DNA of 64,000 nt from Candidatus Moranbacteria bacterium GW2011_GWC2_40_12 (GCA_000995965.1 LBYD01000001.1:76923-140922), one strand, 5' to 3'; shown: positions 47,388-56,710, counted from the first letter of the stretch. Numbers and translations are program-made. Notes: generated from the sequence alone by a model not told the origin.

Positions 47388-47972
47388 TTGTCAATGCCAA
47401 AATTCATCACCTTCTCCGGACTTGACGGCTCCGGGAAATCGACCCAAATTGAACTTTTGAAGAAATATCTTGAAGAACAAGGCAAGACTTTTTTCTATTT
47501 CCACGCGGTGGAGTTTTCAATCGGCAAAGTAACCTGTCGAGGTTTCACCTCGACAAAAAATAAAAGTGTGATAAAGGCCAATTGGCTGCAAATTCAGTTG
47601 CGCAAAATCGCGCTTTTGATTGATATGTTTAGGTTTTTTAGGTTGCTTAAGATACTCAGGGTTGATTATATCATTTCCGACCGGTATTTTTTTGACAGCG
47701 TAGTGAATATTCTGTTTTTAGAAAAGCGTAGACATCCGACGTCTAAGAATTTATGCGCGGAAAAATATATTCCCAAACCCGATTTCGCTTTCTATATCGA
47801 GGTTAAACCGGAAGCGATCATGCAGCGCGAGCGAAAACCGGATCAGGGAATTGAATATTTGGTAGCGAAAGAGAAAATATTTGCTGATAAAATCAAAGAC
47901 TGGAATTTGATTGTAATCAACGGGGAGAAAGATAAAGAAGAAATCCATCAGCAAGTAATTAGTAATTTGTAA
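47388..47972 (+). CDS. Thymidylate-kinase-like P-loop nucleoside monophosphate kinase
   Basis: Walker A ITFSGLDGSGKSTQ and DRYFFDS (DRY/H motif of Tmk family); divergent from canonical Tmk. Confidence 0.55.
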   Translation: MSMPKFITFSGLDGSGKSTQIELLKKYLEEQGKTFFYFHAVEFSIGKVTCRGFTSTKNKSVIKANWLQIQLRKIALLIDMFRFFRLLKILRVDYIISDRYFFDSVVNILFLEKRRHPTSKNLCAEKYIPKPDFAFYIEVKPEAIMQRERKPDQGIEYLVAKEKIFADKIKDWNLIVINGEKDKEEIHQQVISNL

Positions 47973-48029
47973 TTGGTAATTAGGATTTTATTTTTTTATC
48001 CCAATTACTAATTGCTAGTTACAAATTAC
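47955..48029. repeat. Four direct GTAATTN heptads (47955..47984) and four inverted NAATTAC heptads (48000..48029) flanking a T-rich spacer, ending 5 nt before wzx ATG
   Basis: gtaattagtaatttgtaattggtaattagg ... cccaattactaattgctagttacaaattac read from sequence. Confidence 0.7.
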
Positions 48030-48033
48030 AAAA

Positions 48034-49530
48034 ATGTCAAAATTTCTCGTAAAATCTTTTTTTTGGGTCGCTCTTAGCGAGGTGATTTACAATCTCTCCG
48101 CATACGTCATTCATTCCGGGATGGGGCGGATTTTGGGACCGGCGGAATACGGGCGTTTTGGAATTGTTGTCACTCTCACGACAATGATTGTGGTCCTCAT
48201 CGGACAGGGAGTGCCGACGGCCATGGCAAAATATTTGGGGGAAATATACGACACGAATCTGGGTCTGATTCCGACCATCAAGCGGCAAACGGCGAAAATT
48301 CAATTTGCGCTCATCGGCAGCGTCACGGTTATATTTTTTTTGTTATCCCCGGTCATTTCCAACATTTTAGGCGATCCGTCGCTAACGAACTTATTCAGGC
48401 TATCTTCGCTCGTGATCCCCGCCTTTGCGCTCGCGTCTTTTTATTTCTACTATTACACCGGTCTTCACGAGTTCAGCACTCAAGCCTGGCTCAAGACTAT
48501 CCGGTCGGTGGCACGGCTTGGTTTTATATTGGGGCTGGCCTATTATTTGAAATCCAAAGGCCTGGCTCTTGAAGGAGCGATTGTCGGCTATGTCTTTGCT
48601 CCTTTTTTCGTGTTTCTCGCGGCGACACTTTTTGATCCGTATAGAAAACTCAAGCCCGAAGGATCTTTCGACTGGCGAAAACTCTTGCATTACGCCTGGC
48701 CGATGACGCTTTTTCTCATCGCCTATGAATTTTTGATTACGATCGATCTCTATCTCGTGAAAGGGATCTTGCGCGACGACGCTTTGACGGGGCTATACAA
48801 CGGCGCGATCACTGTCGGACGGATCCCCTATTTCTTGTTTTATGCCCTGACAATTATTATCCTCCCCGCAGTTTCGAAATCCACGTCAAGCGAAAATCAC
48901 AGTGAAACAAAGAAGTTGATCAGCCAGTCTTTGCGCTTGATGACGATGTTTCTTCTCCCTATCGCGATTTTGATGTCCGTCTATTCCGAGCCGATTCTCG
49001 AGATTTTCTACGGCCAAAAATTTCTGGGAGCGGCCGGACCGATGTCGATTCTCATGAGCGGTGTCACTTTTCTGACTATTTTCTATGTCATGGCCTTTGC
49101 CTTGAACGGCGCGGGGAAAGTGAAAGCGCCGATGATGATTGCTTTTGCGGGACTTGCGACAAATATAGCCCTTAGCTATTTTTTTATCCATCAGTACGGC
49201 ATCACGGGCGCGGCCGTAGCCACATCAATCACCTCTTTTGTTTCAATGGCGTTGGTTCTTGCATATTCTTACCGATTTTTCGGCTATCTGTTCAAGTTTT
49301 CGAGTTTTTTGAAAATCTTGCTTGCTTCGGCGATCATGTATTTTGCCTCAATATTTTTCCCGGAAGGGAAATACGTTTTCATTCTCTGGTCGGCGATTTT
49401 GTTCGCCGTCTATATCTTTATTTTATATATCTTTCGCGAATTCGGCGCGTCAGATCTCGAGATTCTGAAGCAGCTTATCGCCAAAAAGAAGCTGAAAACC
49501 GCATCCGACGTGGAAGAAGAGGTTTTATAG
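48034..49530 (+). CDS. Wzx-type oligosaccharide flippase (polysaccharide biosynthesis protein, MOP superfamily)
   Basis: 498 aa, 12-14 TM helices, no large loops. Confidence 0.7.
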   Translation: MSKFLVKSFFWVALSEVIYNLSAYVIHSGMGRILGPAEYGRFGIVVTLTTMIVVLIGQGVPTAMAKYLGEIYDTNLGLIPTIKRQTAKIQFALIGSVTVIFFLLSPVISNILGDPSLTNLFRLSSLVIPAFALASFYFYYYTGLHEFSTQAWLKTIRSVARLGFILGLAYYLKSKGLALEGAIVGYVFAPFFVFLAATLFDPYRKLKPEGSFDWRKLLHYAWPMTLFLIAYEFLITIDLYLVKGILRDDALTGLYNGAITVGRIPYFLFYALTIIILPAVSKSTSSENHSETKKLISQSLRLMTMFLLPIAILMSVYSEPILEIFYGQKFLGAAGPMSILMSGVTFLTIFYVMAFALNGAGKVKAPMMIAFAGLATNIALSYFFIHQYGITGAAVATSITSFVSMALVLAYSYRFFGYLFKFSSFLKILLASAIMYFASIFFPEGKYVFILWSAILFAVYIFILYIFREFGASDLEILKQLIAKKKLKTASDVEEEVL

Positions 49531-49581
49531 AAAACACAAAAAACTATCCGAAGAGGAGTTGCTATATCAAAACATTTTTGA

Positions 49582-50415
49582 TTATTTCTGCGCCAATCTC
49601 ACTGTGTTCCAAAGCAACATCGCAATCGTGATCGGGCCGACGCCGCCGGGGACGGGGGTGATGAAGGAGGCTTTTTTGGAAACTGACGCGAAATCCACAT
49701 CACCAAATATTCTTTTACCTTTGCGGTTCACTCCGACGTCAATCACGACAACCCCCTTTTGCACCATATCAGCCTTGATCAAATTCATTTTTCCAACAGC
49801 CACGACCAGAATGTCGGCCTTCTGGGTATAGCTTTTGAGGTTTTTAGTATGCCGATGGCAGACTGTGACCGTCGCACCTCGATTCAAAAGAAACTGGGCC
49901 ATCGGTTTTCCCACGATATTCGAGCGGCCGACAACAACCGCGTTTTTGCCTTCGATTTTTATTTTATTTTCCTTCAGCAATTTGATTATTCCCAGAGGTG
50001 TAGCGGGCGCGACAATGGAATATTCTTCGCCGTTCTGGACGAACCTTCCAAAATTTAGCGGGTGAAGGCAATCAGCGTCTTTTTGGGGATCAATCGCTTC
50101 AATAATCTTATTCTTATCCATATGCTTCGGCAGAGGCAGTTGGACCATTATCGCCGAAATATTCCCGTTTGCATTTAGACTAGAAATGATTTCAAGAATT
50201 TCTCTCTCCGAAGTTTTTTCAGGAAAAGTGAATACTCGTGACCCGATTCCCGCTTTCGCGCAAAATATTTTTTTTCGGTCCACGTATATCTTTGAAGCCG
50301 GATCATTGCCGACCAGGATCATCGCCAAAACAGGCTTCTTTTTCCGGCGAGAAACCTGTTTCTTCAGGTCAAGAATAATTTTTCCGGACAATTTTTTTCC
50401 GTCGAGGAGCTGCAT
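49582..50415 (-). CDS. folD: Bifunctional methylenetetrahydrofolate dehydrogenase/methenyl-THF cyclohydrolase
   Basis: ILVGNDPASKIYV, VVVGRSNIVGKPMAQFL, PGGVGPITIAML. Confidence 0.9.
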   Translation of the reverse strand: MQLLDGKKLSGKIILDLKKQVSRRKKKPVLAMILVGNDPASKIYVDRKKIFCAKAGIGSRVFTFPEKTSEREILEIISSLNANGNISAIMVQLPLPKHMDKNKIIEAIDPQKDADCLHPLNFGRFVQNGEEYSIVAPATPLGIIKLLKENKIKIEGKNAVVVGRSNIVGKPMAQFLLNRGATVTVCHRHTKNLKSYTQKADILVVAVGKMNLIKADMVQKGVVVIDVGVNRKGKRIFGDVDFASVSKKASFITPVPGGVGPITIAMLLWNTVRLAQK

Positions 50416-50473
50416 TTCTTCGGAATGATTTCTTATGCTAGAATTGTAATAGAGAATTGAGCGAAAGGCAACT

Positions 50474-51271
50474 ATGATACGCTTTGCCGCGATTACTCCT
50501 CATCCGCCAATTATTATTCCGACTATCGGTCGGAGTAATTTGAATTTGAGCAGAAAAACCGTGAATGCGATGAAGGCGGCTGGAGAAAAATTCCGTTCCG
50601 TAAAAGCGAATACGATTGTTCTGATTTCACCCCATGGTCCGGTGCAATACGATAAATTCATTATCAACTATTCTCCCACTCTTCGCGGAGATTTGTCCTC
50701 TTTCGGCGATCATCGCCGGTTTATTTTCGAAAATGACCGCGAACTCATTGACGAGATTATGGAAAGTAGCCGGATGGCCCGATTGCCGATTGGCCTAGCG
50801 AGGGAACTCGAACTTGATCATGGAGCCCTGGTGCCTCTTTATTATTTGATGAATGAAAAGGATTTGGGCTATAATCCGCGGCTGATCCATATGTCATATT
50901 CAATGCTGCCTTTGGATTATCATTTCCGATTTGGAGAAATTTTGGGGAGTGTCTTGCAAGGCAGCCCAAAACTGATCTCTTTCATTGCGAGTGGAGATTT
51001 GTCGCACCGGGTTTCGCTTGATGCTCCGGCCGGATACTCCCCCCAAGGAAGAGTGTTTGACAGGATGCTCATTGATTTAATCCAGCAAAAAAACACCAAA
51101 GGCGTTCTGAATATCGACCCATATCTCATTGAAGAATCCGGAGAATGCGGTTTGCGTTCGATTATCATGCTCTTGGGTGCTCTCAAGAACACGAGATGGG
51201 AAGTGAAGAATTTGAGTTATGAAGCTCCTTTCGGAGTGGGATACATGGTGGCGAGCCTTAATATCAAATAA
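50474..51271 (+). CDS. MEMO1/AmmeMemoRadiSam-system-protein-B family (class III extradiol dioxygenase fold)
   Basis: PHPPIIIP ... ISPHGP ... DHGALVPLYYL ... ASGDLSHR motifs. Confidence 0.7.
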   Translation: MIRFAAITPHPPIIIPTIGRSNLNLSRKTVNAMKAAGEKFRSVKANTIVLISPHGPVQYDKFIINYSPTLRGDLSSFGDHRRFIFENDRELIDEIMESSRMARLPIGLARELELDHGALVPLYYLMNEKDLGYNPRLIHMSYSMLPLDYHFRFGEILGSVLQGSPKLISFIASGDLSHRVSLDAPAGYSPQGRVFDRMLIDLIQQKNTKGVLNIDPYLIEESGECGLRSIIMLLGALKNTRWEVKNLSYEAPFGVGYMVASLNIK

Positions 51272-51355
51272 TTAGATAATCAAAAAACGCAAAGCGAGGA
51301 ACGAAAATCATTAGTATCGCTTCGCAATTAATCACTATTCTTTCCCCGAAAAAAA

Positions 51356-53290
51356 ATGAAAGGCAATTATATAATAAAAATCGCTCCGCTCATTCGCTTG
51401 CCAATCGCGAGAACGCAGGTTTTCTCGTATTTATTCCGGAAGCCGATAAAAAGCGGGAGCCTGGTGGAAATACCTTTCTATAATCGCGTCATTTCAGGGA
51501 TCGCATTGGACAGCCGAGAGGATTTTCCCCGAAAAGGAAATTTTGAACTGAAGAATGTGAAAAACATCGTGGAAGAAGAAATGCTTACCGAAAAACAAAT
51601 CAAATTTGCAAAAAAAATGGCGGATTTCTATCTTTCTCCGCTTGGGATAATTTTGAAGATGATGGTTCCGAAAATCTCGGAAATGAAGAAAAAAAAACGA
51701 ATGAATGCGGCGAAGATTGAGATAATAAAAAAAAGCGGTCGGACGAAGGAAATAACAGGCGCAAAAAGCAAAGAAGTCGTCTTGGTCGGTCCCGAAGATG
51801 AAAGAGATAAGGATATATTTTCAGCCATGAAGCAGGCAATTGCAGAAAATAAGCAATTATTGTATCTTATTTCTGAGATATTTCCTGCAGCTGCTTTTTT
51901 TGAAAATCTCAAAAAACATTTTCAAACAGAAGAAATTGCCCTGATTCACGGATCGGTCTCAAAAGGAAATTTCTTTGACGTTTGGGAAAAAATCAAAAAT
52001 GGAGAAATCAAGATAGTCGTCGCTACGAAAACGGGCCTATTTCTCCCCTTTTGCGGGCTTGGGACGATCGCGGTCGAGGAATCCGGTGAAATTTCACACA
52101 AGCAATGGGACATGAACCCGAGATACAACGCGGCTCGAGCCGCCAAGTTGCTGGCCGATATCCATGGTGCGAAAATAATATATTCAAATTCCGTTCCAAC
52201 TGTTGAAATGTGGAAAAGAAAAAAAGAGAAGTTTGTTCAAGCATCGGATTTGGGTGAAGATAATTCAAACCGGAGCGAAATCAGAATATCGAACATCTTC
52301 AGAGAAAAAAAGAGCGCTGACTTTCCGATTGCAAAGGAGCTTTACAAGTCGCTCTCAAGCATAATAGACAGAAAAGAAAAGGCGCTGCTGGTCGTGAACC
52401 GAAAAGGATTTTCAAGTTATTCGATTTGCCGAAGCTGCAAAACAGTTTTGCGCTGTCCAGAATGCAACCGGGCGCTGGTCTATTTTGAAGAAAAAGAAAA
52501 ATACAGATGCCTTCATTGCAGCCATAAAATGGATCTTTTTTGCGCCTGTCCTTCTTGCGGGGCATGCCAATTTTCACATCAGGGAATAGGTATCCAGCTG
52601 GTCGAGAAAAAAATCAGAAGGCTTTTCCCGTCAGCGCGAATACTGCGTCTTGAAGCTGACGCTTCGAAATCGAAAAAGAAAAGCGAAAAAATGTTGAAAG
52701 ATTTGTCGGATGAAAATTTCGACATTCTCATCGGCACGCAAGTCGCCTTGAAAATTGGCAGACTTTGCAAATTCAACCTAGTTGCTTTTCCCAGCTTTGA
52801 CGATTTGGGAAGCATTCCCGATTTCAACTCGAGAGAAATGGTCTTTGCGATTCTTGGCCAAGCTGAGGGCCTTCTGAAAAAAAGCGGCATTTTGATCGTT
52901 CAAACGGTTTATCCCGACAGTTTTTTGCTGGGCTCGTTCAAAAACCGAAATTGGGCTGAGTTTTTCGAAAAAGAGCTGAAGGAAAGAAAAAAAACCATGA
53001 ATCCCCCGTTTTCAAGGATAATCAAAATTATTTTTAGAGATAAAAACAAAATAAAAGCGAAAAATGAGGCTAACAAGGTATATGGCTTGCTCGAAGCGCT
53101 TGCGGATAGTAATATTGATATAGGCGAACCATACGATCCCTTTGCGGCCAAAAGAAGAGGATACTATCATAAAAATATACTGATCAAAGCCGTGCCAGGA
53201 ACCGAAATGCGCAAATTACCTTTTTTTTCCGTGATTAGCGGCCTGCGAAAGGGCTGGGTGGTTGATGTTGATCCGATAAGCACGCTTTAG
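51356..53290 (+). CDS. priA: Primosomal protein N' (PriA) homologue with degenerate helicase Walker A/B motifs and intact Cys-rich zinc-binding region
   Basis: Strong colinearity with PriA lobe 1 (NKQLLYLISEI, IHGSVSKGNFFDVWEKIKNGEIKIVVATKTGLFLPF) and CxxC x4 cluster (CRSCKTVLRCPECN ... CLHC ... CPSCGAC). Walker A position reads GPEDERDK, Walker B reads EESG. Confidence 0.75.
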   Translation: MKGNYIIKIAPLIRLPIARTQVFSYLFRKPIKSGSLVEIPFYNRVISGIALDSREDFPRKGNFELKNVKNIVEEEMLTEKQIKFAKKMADFYLSPLGIILKMMVPKISEMKKKKRMNAAKIEIIKKSGRTKEITGAKSKEVVLVGPEDERDKDIFSAMKQAIAENKQLLYLISEIFPAAAFFENLKKHFQTEEIALIHGSVSKGNFFDVWEKIKNGEIKIVVATKTGLFLPFCGLGTIAVEESGEISHKQWDMNPRYNAARAAKLLADIHGAKIIYSNSVPTVEMWKRKKEKFVQASDLGEDNSNRSEIRISNIFREKKSADFPIAKELYKSLSSIIDRKEKALLVVNRKGFSSYSICRSCKTVLRCPECNRALVYFEEKEKYRCLHCSHKMDLFCACPSCGACQFSHQGIGIQLVEKKIRRLFPSARILRLEADASKSKKKSEKMLKDLSDENFDILIGTQVALKIGRLCKFNLVAFPSFDDLGSIPDFNSREMVFAILGQAEGLLKKSGILIVQTVYPDSFLLGSFKNRNWAEFFEKELKERKKTMNPPFSRIIKIIFRDKNKIKAKNEANKVYGLLEALADSNIDIGEPYDPFAAKRRGYYHKNILIKAVPGTEMRKLPFFSVISGLRKGWVVDVDPISTL

Positions 53291-53356
53291 CTGTACGAAT
53301 CTCTCTCGAATCCGAAAAAATGAAGTTCGAAATTCGTATAAGCATGCAACGTCGCG

Positions 53357-53373
53357 AATTAGTAATTCGTAAT
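53357..53373 (+). repeat. AATTAGTAATTCGTAAT heptad element ending 3 nt before def start codon
   Basis: cgcgaattagtaattcgtaatgttATG read from sequence. Confidence 0.55.
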
Positions 53374-53376
53374 GTT

Positions 53377-53817
53377 ATGCTGAAGATTATAAAATATCCT
53401 GATGATTTTCTCCGCAAAAAGTCGGAAGAAGTGAAAGATTTCAAAGACCCGCAGATCGCGAAGCTGGTTTCAGATATGTTGAAAACAATGGAAGCGGAAA
53501 AAGGAATTGGACTTGCCGCGCCGCAGGTCAATTCCAGCCTTCGAATTTGCGTCGTCCGGGTTGACAACACAGCGCATATATTAATCAATCCAAAAATAAA
53601 ATCTTTTTCCCGAAAAAAAGAAGTTTTCGAAGAGGGGTGCCTGAGCTTTCCGGGAAAGTTTTTTCCGGTTGAACGGCCGGTAAAGGTGAAAATAAAAGCA
53701 AAAGATCTTGATGGCAGGAAAATAAAGATCAAAGCTGAAGGGCTTTTGGCGCGCGTGCTTCAGCATGAAATAGATCATCTTGACGGAGTTTTGATAATTG
53801 ACAGAATTGTAAAATGA
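53377..53817 (+). CDS. def: Peptide deformylase
   Basis: GIGLAAPQV, EGCLSFPG, QHEIDHLDG motifs. Confidence 0.9.
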   Translation: MLKIIKYPDDFLRKKSEEVKDFKDPQIAKLVSDMLKTMEAEKGIGLAAPQVNSSLRICVVRVDNTAHILINPKIKSFSRKKEVFEEGCLSFPGKFFPVERPVKVKIKAKDLDGRKIKIKAEGLLARVLQHEIDHLDGVLIIDRIVK

Positions 53818-54812
53818 TGATTGGGATTTCTCCCAAGATCCGATCTTGGGAAAGTTTGAGGAAAGAGAATATCAAGATTATTTTTTTTGGAACTCCGCAT
53901 TTTGCGGAAAAAATTCTCAAGGAAATAATCACGGCTGGCTATAGTGTCGTGGCCGTCTTCACCCAGCCGGATAAAAAATTTGGGAGGTCGCGGATGATGA
54001 AAAAATCAGCTGTCAAAGAACTGGCCGAAAAAAAAACCATTCCCGTTTTTGAGTCGCAGAATCTCAGGCAAGAAAAGGCAGTCAAGGAAATTATGAAACT
54101 GCGCCCGGATCTTATCGTCGTCGCCGCGTATGGAAAGATTCTTCCCAAATCAATTCTTGAAATTCCGAAATACGGGGCAATAAATATTCATGCTTCGCTT
54201 CTTCCAAAATTCCGCGGCGCCTCCCCCGTTCAAGAGGCCATACTTTCAGGGGAAAATAAAACGGGGATCACTTTGATGCTGATGAACGAAAAATTAGATG
54301 CCGGAGAGATCATAAACCAGGAATCGATTTCAATCAAAAAAAAAGACACCACTCACAGTTTGAGCGAAAAATTGGCTGACGTCGGAGGAAGAGCTTTGCT
54401 CGAAACCATTCCCCTTTGGATTAGCGGATCAATCAAGCCAACTTTGCAAAATGAAAAAGAAGCCACTTTTTGCCGAACAGTAAAAAAAGAAGATGGAAAA
54501 ATCGATTGGAATGATCCGGCGGAAACAATTTTTAGGAAATGGAGAGCATATAAAGTTTGGCCGGGAATATTTGCTTATTTTACCTTAAGAATGGGGAAAA
54601 AAAGGCTGAAGCTGGCGGAGATAGAGATGGAAGAAAAGGAGGATATTGGAGAATTGCCCGGAAAAGTGATAAAATATAAAGACAAGATAGCCGTTCAAGC
54701 AAAAAAAGGATTAATAGTGCTGGAGAGAGTCCAACTCGAGGGGAAAAAAGAAATGACAGTCGAGGAGTTTTTGAAAGGACACAAAGATTTTTTAGGCAAT
54801 GTCTTGGTTTAA
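53814..54812 (+). CDS. fmt: Methionyl-tRNA formyltransferase
   Basis: IIFFGTP, VVAAYGKILP, NIHASLLPKFRGASP; exact start uncertain (overlaps def stop). Confidence 0.88.
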   Translation: MMIGISPKIRSWESLRKENIKIIFFGTPHFAEKILKEIITAGYSVVAVFTQPDKKFGRSRMMKKSAVKELAEKKTIPVFESQNLRQEKAVKEIMKLRPDLIVVAAYGKILPKSILEIPKYGAINIHASLLPKFRGASPVQEAILSGENKTGITLMLMNEKLDAGEIINQESISIKKKDTTHSLSEKLADVGGRALLETIPLWISGSIKPTLQNEKEATFCRTVKKEDGKIDWNDPAETIFRKWRAYKVWPGIFAYFTLRMGKKRLKLAEIEMEEKEDIGELPGKVIKYKDKIAVQAKKGLIVLERVQLEGKKEMTVEEFLKGHKDFLGNVLV

Positions 54813-54824
54813 TAAAACAAAAAA

Positions 54825-55664
54825 ATGCAAAAAGAAAATCCGGAATTTTATCGGAAAAATCAAAACAAAATTTTTATTCTGGGGTTTGTCCTGATTTTAG
54901 CCGTGATCAGCTGGTCTTTAGTCCGGCCGATTATCTTCAAAAATACCCAAAAAGAAGAAAAAGATTCAAAAATAAATGAAGAGATTCTCAAAGCTCCATT
55001 GATTACTTTGAAAGAATTTTCCGAAAAAATTAGGGACAACGAAAAACTGTTCATCGTCGATCTCCGAAACGCCGGTGATTTTTCCGCGGGGCATATAGCC
55101 GGTGCAATAAATTTTCTGCCCGGAACAGGCCTGGCAGATCAAATCAAAAAGGCCGGTGCTGAAAATACGACCAACATTGTTATCGTGAATAAAGGCGAAA
55201 ATGTTTTTGAGGCTGCCGAAGCGGCTAATGATATCATTGCCGCGGGTTTCGTGAATGCGAAATATCTTCGCGGGGGAATAACGGACTGGCGCAATGAAGG
55301 TTATACTTTGGTTTCAGGAGGAAATTCTCCAGGCGATCAAAGCAAAATAAAAAAAATAACAGTTGAAAAATTAGCCAGTGAACTTTCAGGCGGAGACGAA
55401 CTTGTCCAATTTATTGATATAAGAGACAAAGAAAAATTCAATCAAGGCCACATACCAAGGTCAATCAATCTTCCGCTTCCCCATCTTGAATCAAACCAGA
55501 AAGCCATTTCTCCCGTAAAAAAAGCAGTTGTTTATGGTGAAAACGAGGAAGAAGCGAGCAAGGCGGCAGTGATTCTATTCGACCTGAATTTTTTCAATGT
55601 CTATGTTCTTGACGGCGGATTGGCATCCTGGAAAAACAATAACGGAAAAATAGTGAGCGACTGA
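54825..55664 (+). CDS. Membrane-anchored tandem rhodanese-domain protein
   Basis: N-terminal TM, two rhodanese-like modules (FIVDLRNAGDFSAGHIAGAINF and FIDIRDKEKFNQGHIPRSINL); active-site Cys not obvious. Confidence 0.65.
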   Translation: MQKENPEFYRKNQNKIFILGFVLILAVISWSLVRPIIFKNTQKEEKDSKINEEILKAPLITLKEFSEKIRDNEKLFIVDLRNAGDFSAGHIAGAINFLPGTGLADQIKKAGAENTTNIVIVNKGENVFEAAEAANDIIAAGFVNAKYLRGGITDWRNEGYTLVSGGNSPGDQSKIKKITVEKLASELSGGDELVQFIDIRDKEKFNQGHIPRSINLPLPHLESNQKAISPVKKAVVYGENEEEASKAAVILFDLNFFNVYVLDGGLASWKNNNGKIVSD

Positions 55665-55687
55665 CAGTTTAAAGCCGAGCCTTAAAA

Positions 55688-55718
55688 AAAATCCCGCGGA
55701 AAGCGGGATTTCAAAATG
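55688..55718. terminator. Bidirectional hairpin terminator between convergent rhodanese gene and groES (ATCCCGCggaaaGCGGGAT flanked by A- and T-runs)
   Basis: aaaaaaaATCCCGCggaaaGCGGGATttcaaaa. Confidence 0.55.
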
Positions 55719-55735
55719 CTTGGCTTTTGTTGTCT

Positions 55736-56011
55736 CTATTTTACTATTGCCAAAATGTCCTCGTTCTTGACCAAAAGATATTCAGCTTCCCCGATCTTGA
55801 TTTCATTTCCGGAATATTTCGAATAGATCACCTTTTGTCCGGCCTTCACTTTGATTTTTTTATCCATTCCGACGGCGATAACAACACCTTCCTGCGGCTT
55901 TTCTTCACTTGTGTCGGGAAGGACGATGCCGGAAGCGGTTTTCGAGTTTGATTTCGCGGGTTCAATCAGGACGTTCTCGCCTAGAGGTTCAATATTGGGT
56001 TTTTTTGCCAT
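55736..56011 (-). CDS. groES: Co-chaperonin GroES (10 kDa)
   Basis: MAKKPNIEPLGENVLIEP ... GIVLPDTSEEKPQEGVVIAVG. Confidence 0.9.
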   Translation of the reverse strand: MAKKPNIEPLGENVLIEPAKSNSKTASGIVLPDTSEEKPQEGVVIAVGMDKKIKVKAGQKVIYSKYSGNEIKIGEAEYLLVKNEDILAIVK

Positions 56012-56051
56012 GGCTTTGAAAAATTATGATTAGCTGTTTTGGAAAAATTAT

Positions 56052-56303
56052 TTAAACCATTCTTTTTTTCGTGAATTCTTCAATTTTCGCGTCGGGCTGG
56101 ATACCAACTGTTTTTTTTCTCTCAATAATGAATATATATATTATTTCAAGGATTCCGAGGGTGTTTAGGAGCAAAAGTGCTATAAACCAAATCATTTCGC
56201 CTTGTCTGGCCGATTTCCACAGTGCAATTCCTTTCCAGACAAGGGTCCAGATGATGAGCGGAATCAGAATCAAATAATTGTTGAGCAGCGATGTTAGATC
56301 CAC
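56052..56303 (-). CDS. Small two-TM membrane protein (DUF5652-like)
   Basis: 83 aa, two hydrophobic helices, WKGIALWKSARQGE loop. Confidence 0.5.
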   Translation of the reverse strand: MDLTSLLNNYLILIPLIIWTLVWKGIALWKSARQGEMIWFIALLLLNTLGILEIIYIFIIERKKTVGIQPDAKIEEFTKKRMV

Positions 56304-56367
56304 AGAAAAAAATTAAACACGAGGGTTATATCTATTGCACCCCATTAGAGTACTTTTTGGATTCACT

Positions 56368-56625
56368 TTAGGCTTCTTTGACTTTAAAAACAGTGGCTCC
56401 TTCTTTTGTCGGACTTGGCACCTTGATCGCAATCTCTTCGCCCTTTTTTCCTTTGCTGACGGGCTCATGGTTGAGCTGGATCGAATCAGCTTTGAGCTCA
56501 AATTCATTGTCTCCTTTCACGAATTTGAGCGGATCCCCCGCCTTGACGACTTTCGACAGTTTCACGACAGCTACCATCGCCTTGTCAAAATAATGAACCA
56601 CTTTTCCGATTTCTTGATCGGCCAT
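56368..56625 (-). CDS. Hypothetical small protein (85 aa)
   Basis: Protein-like composition; no recognisable motif. Confidence 0.45.
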   Translation of the reverse strand: MADQEIGKVVHYFDKAMVAVVKLSKVVKAGDPLKFVKGDNEFELKADSIQLNHEPVSKGKKGEEIAIKVPSPTKEGATVFKVKEA

Positions 56626-56682
56626 ATTTTTGTGGTTAACGTATTCCTAATACTAGCAAACTTTCATTTTTTTTTCAACCCT

Positions 56683-56710
56683 TGAAAAATTGGGCGAATT
56701 TCAGTAGAAT
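56683..56710 (+). promoter_or_regulatory. Candidate sigma70 promoter (TTGAAA, 16-bp spacer, TAGAAT) about 15 nt upstream of the truncated tRNA-Gln copy
   Basis: cccTTGAAAaattgggcgaatttcagTAGAATatgaagg. Confidence 0.45.
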
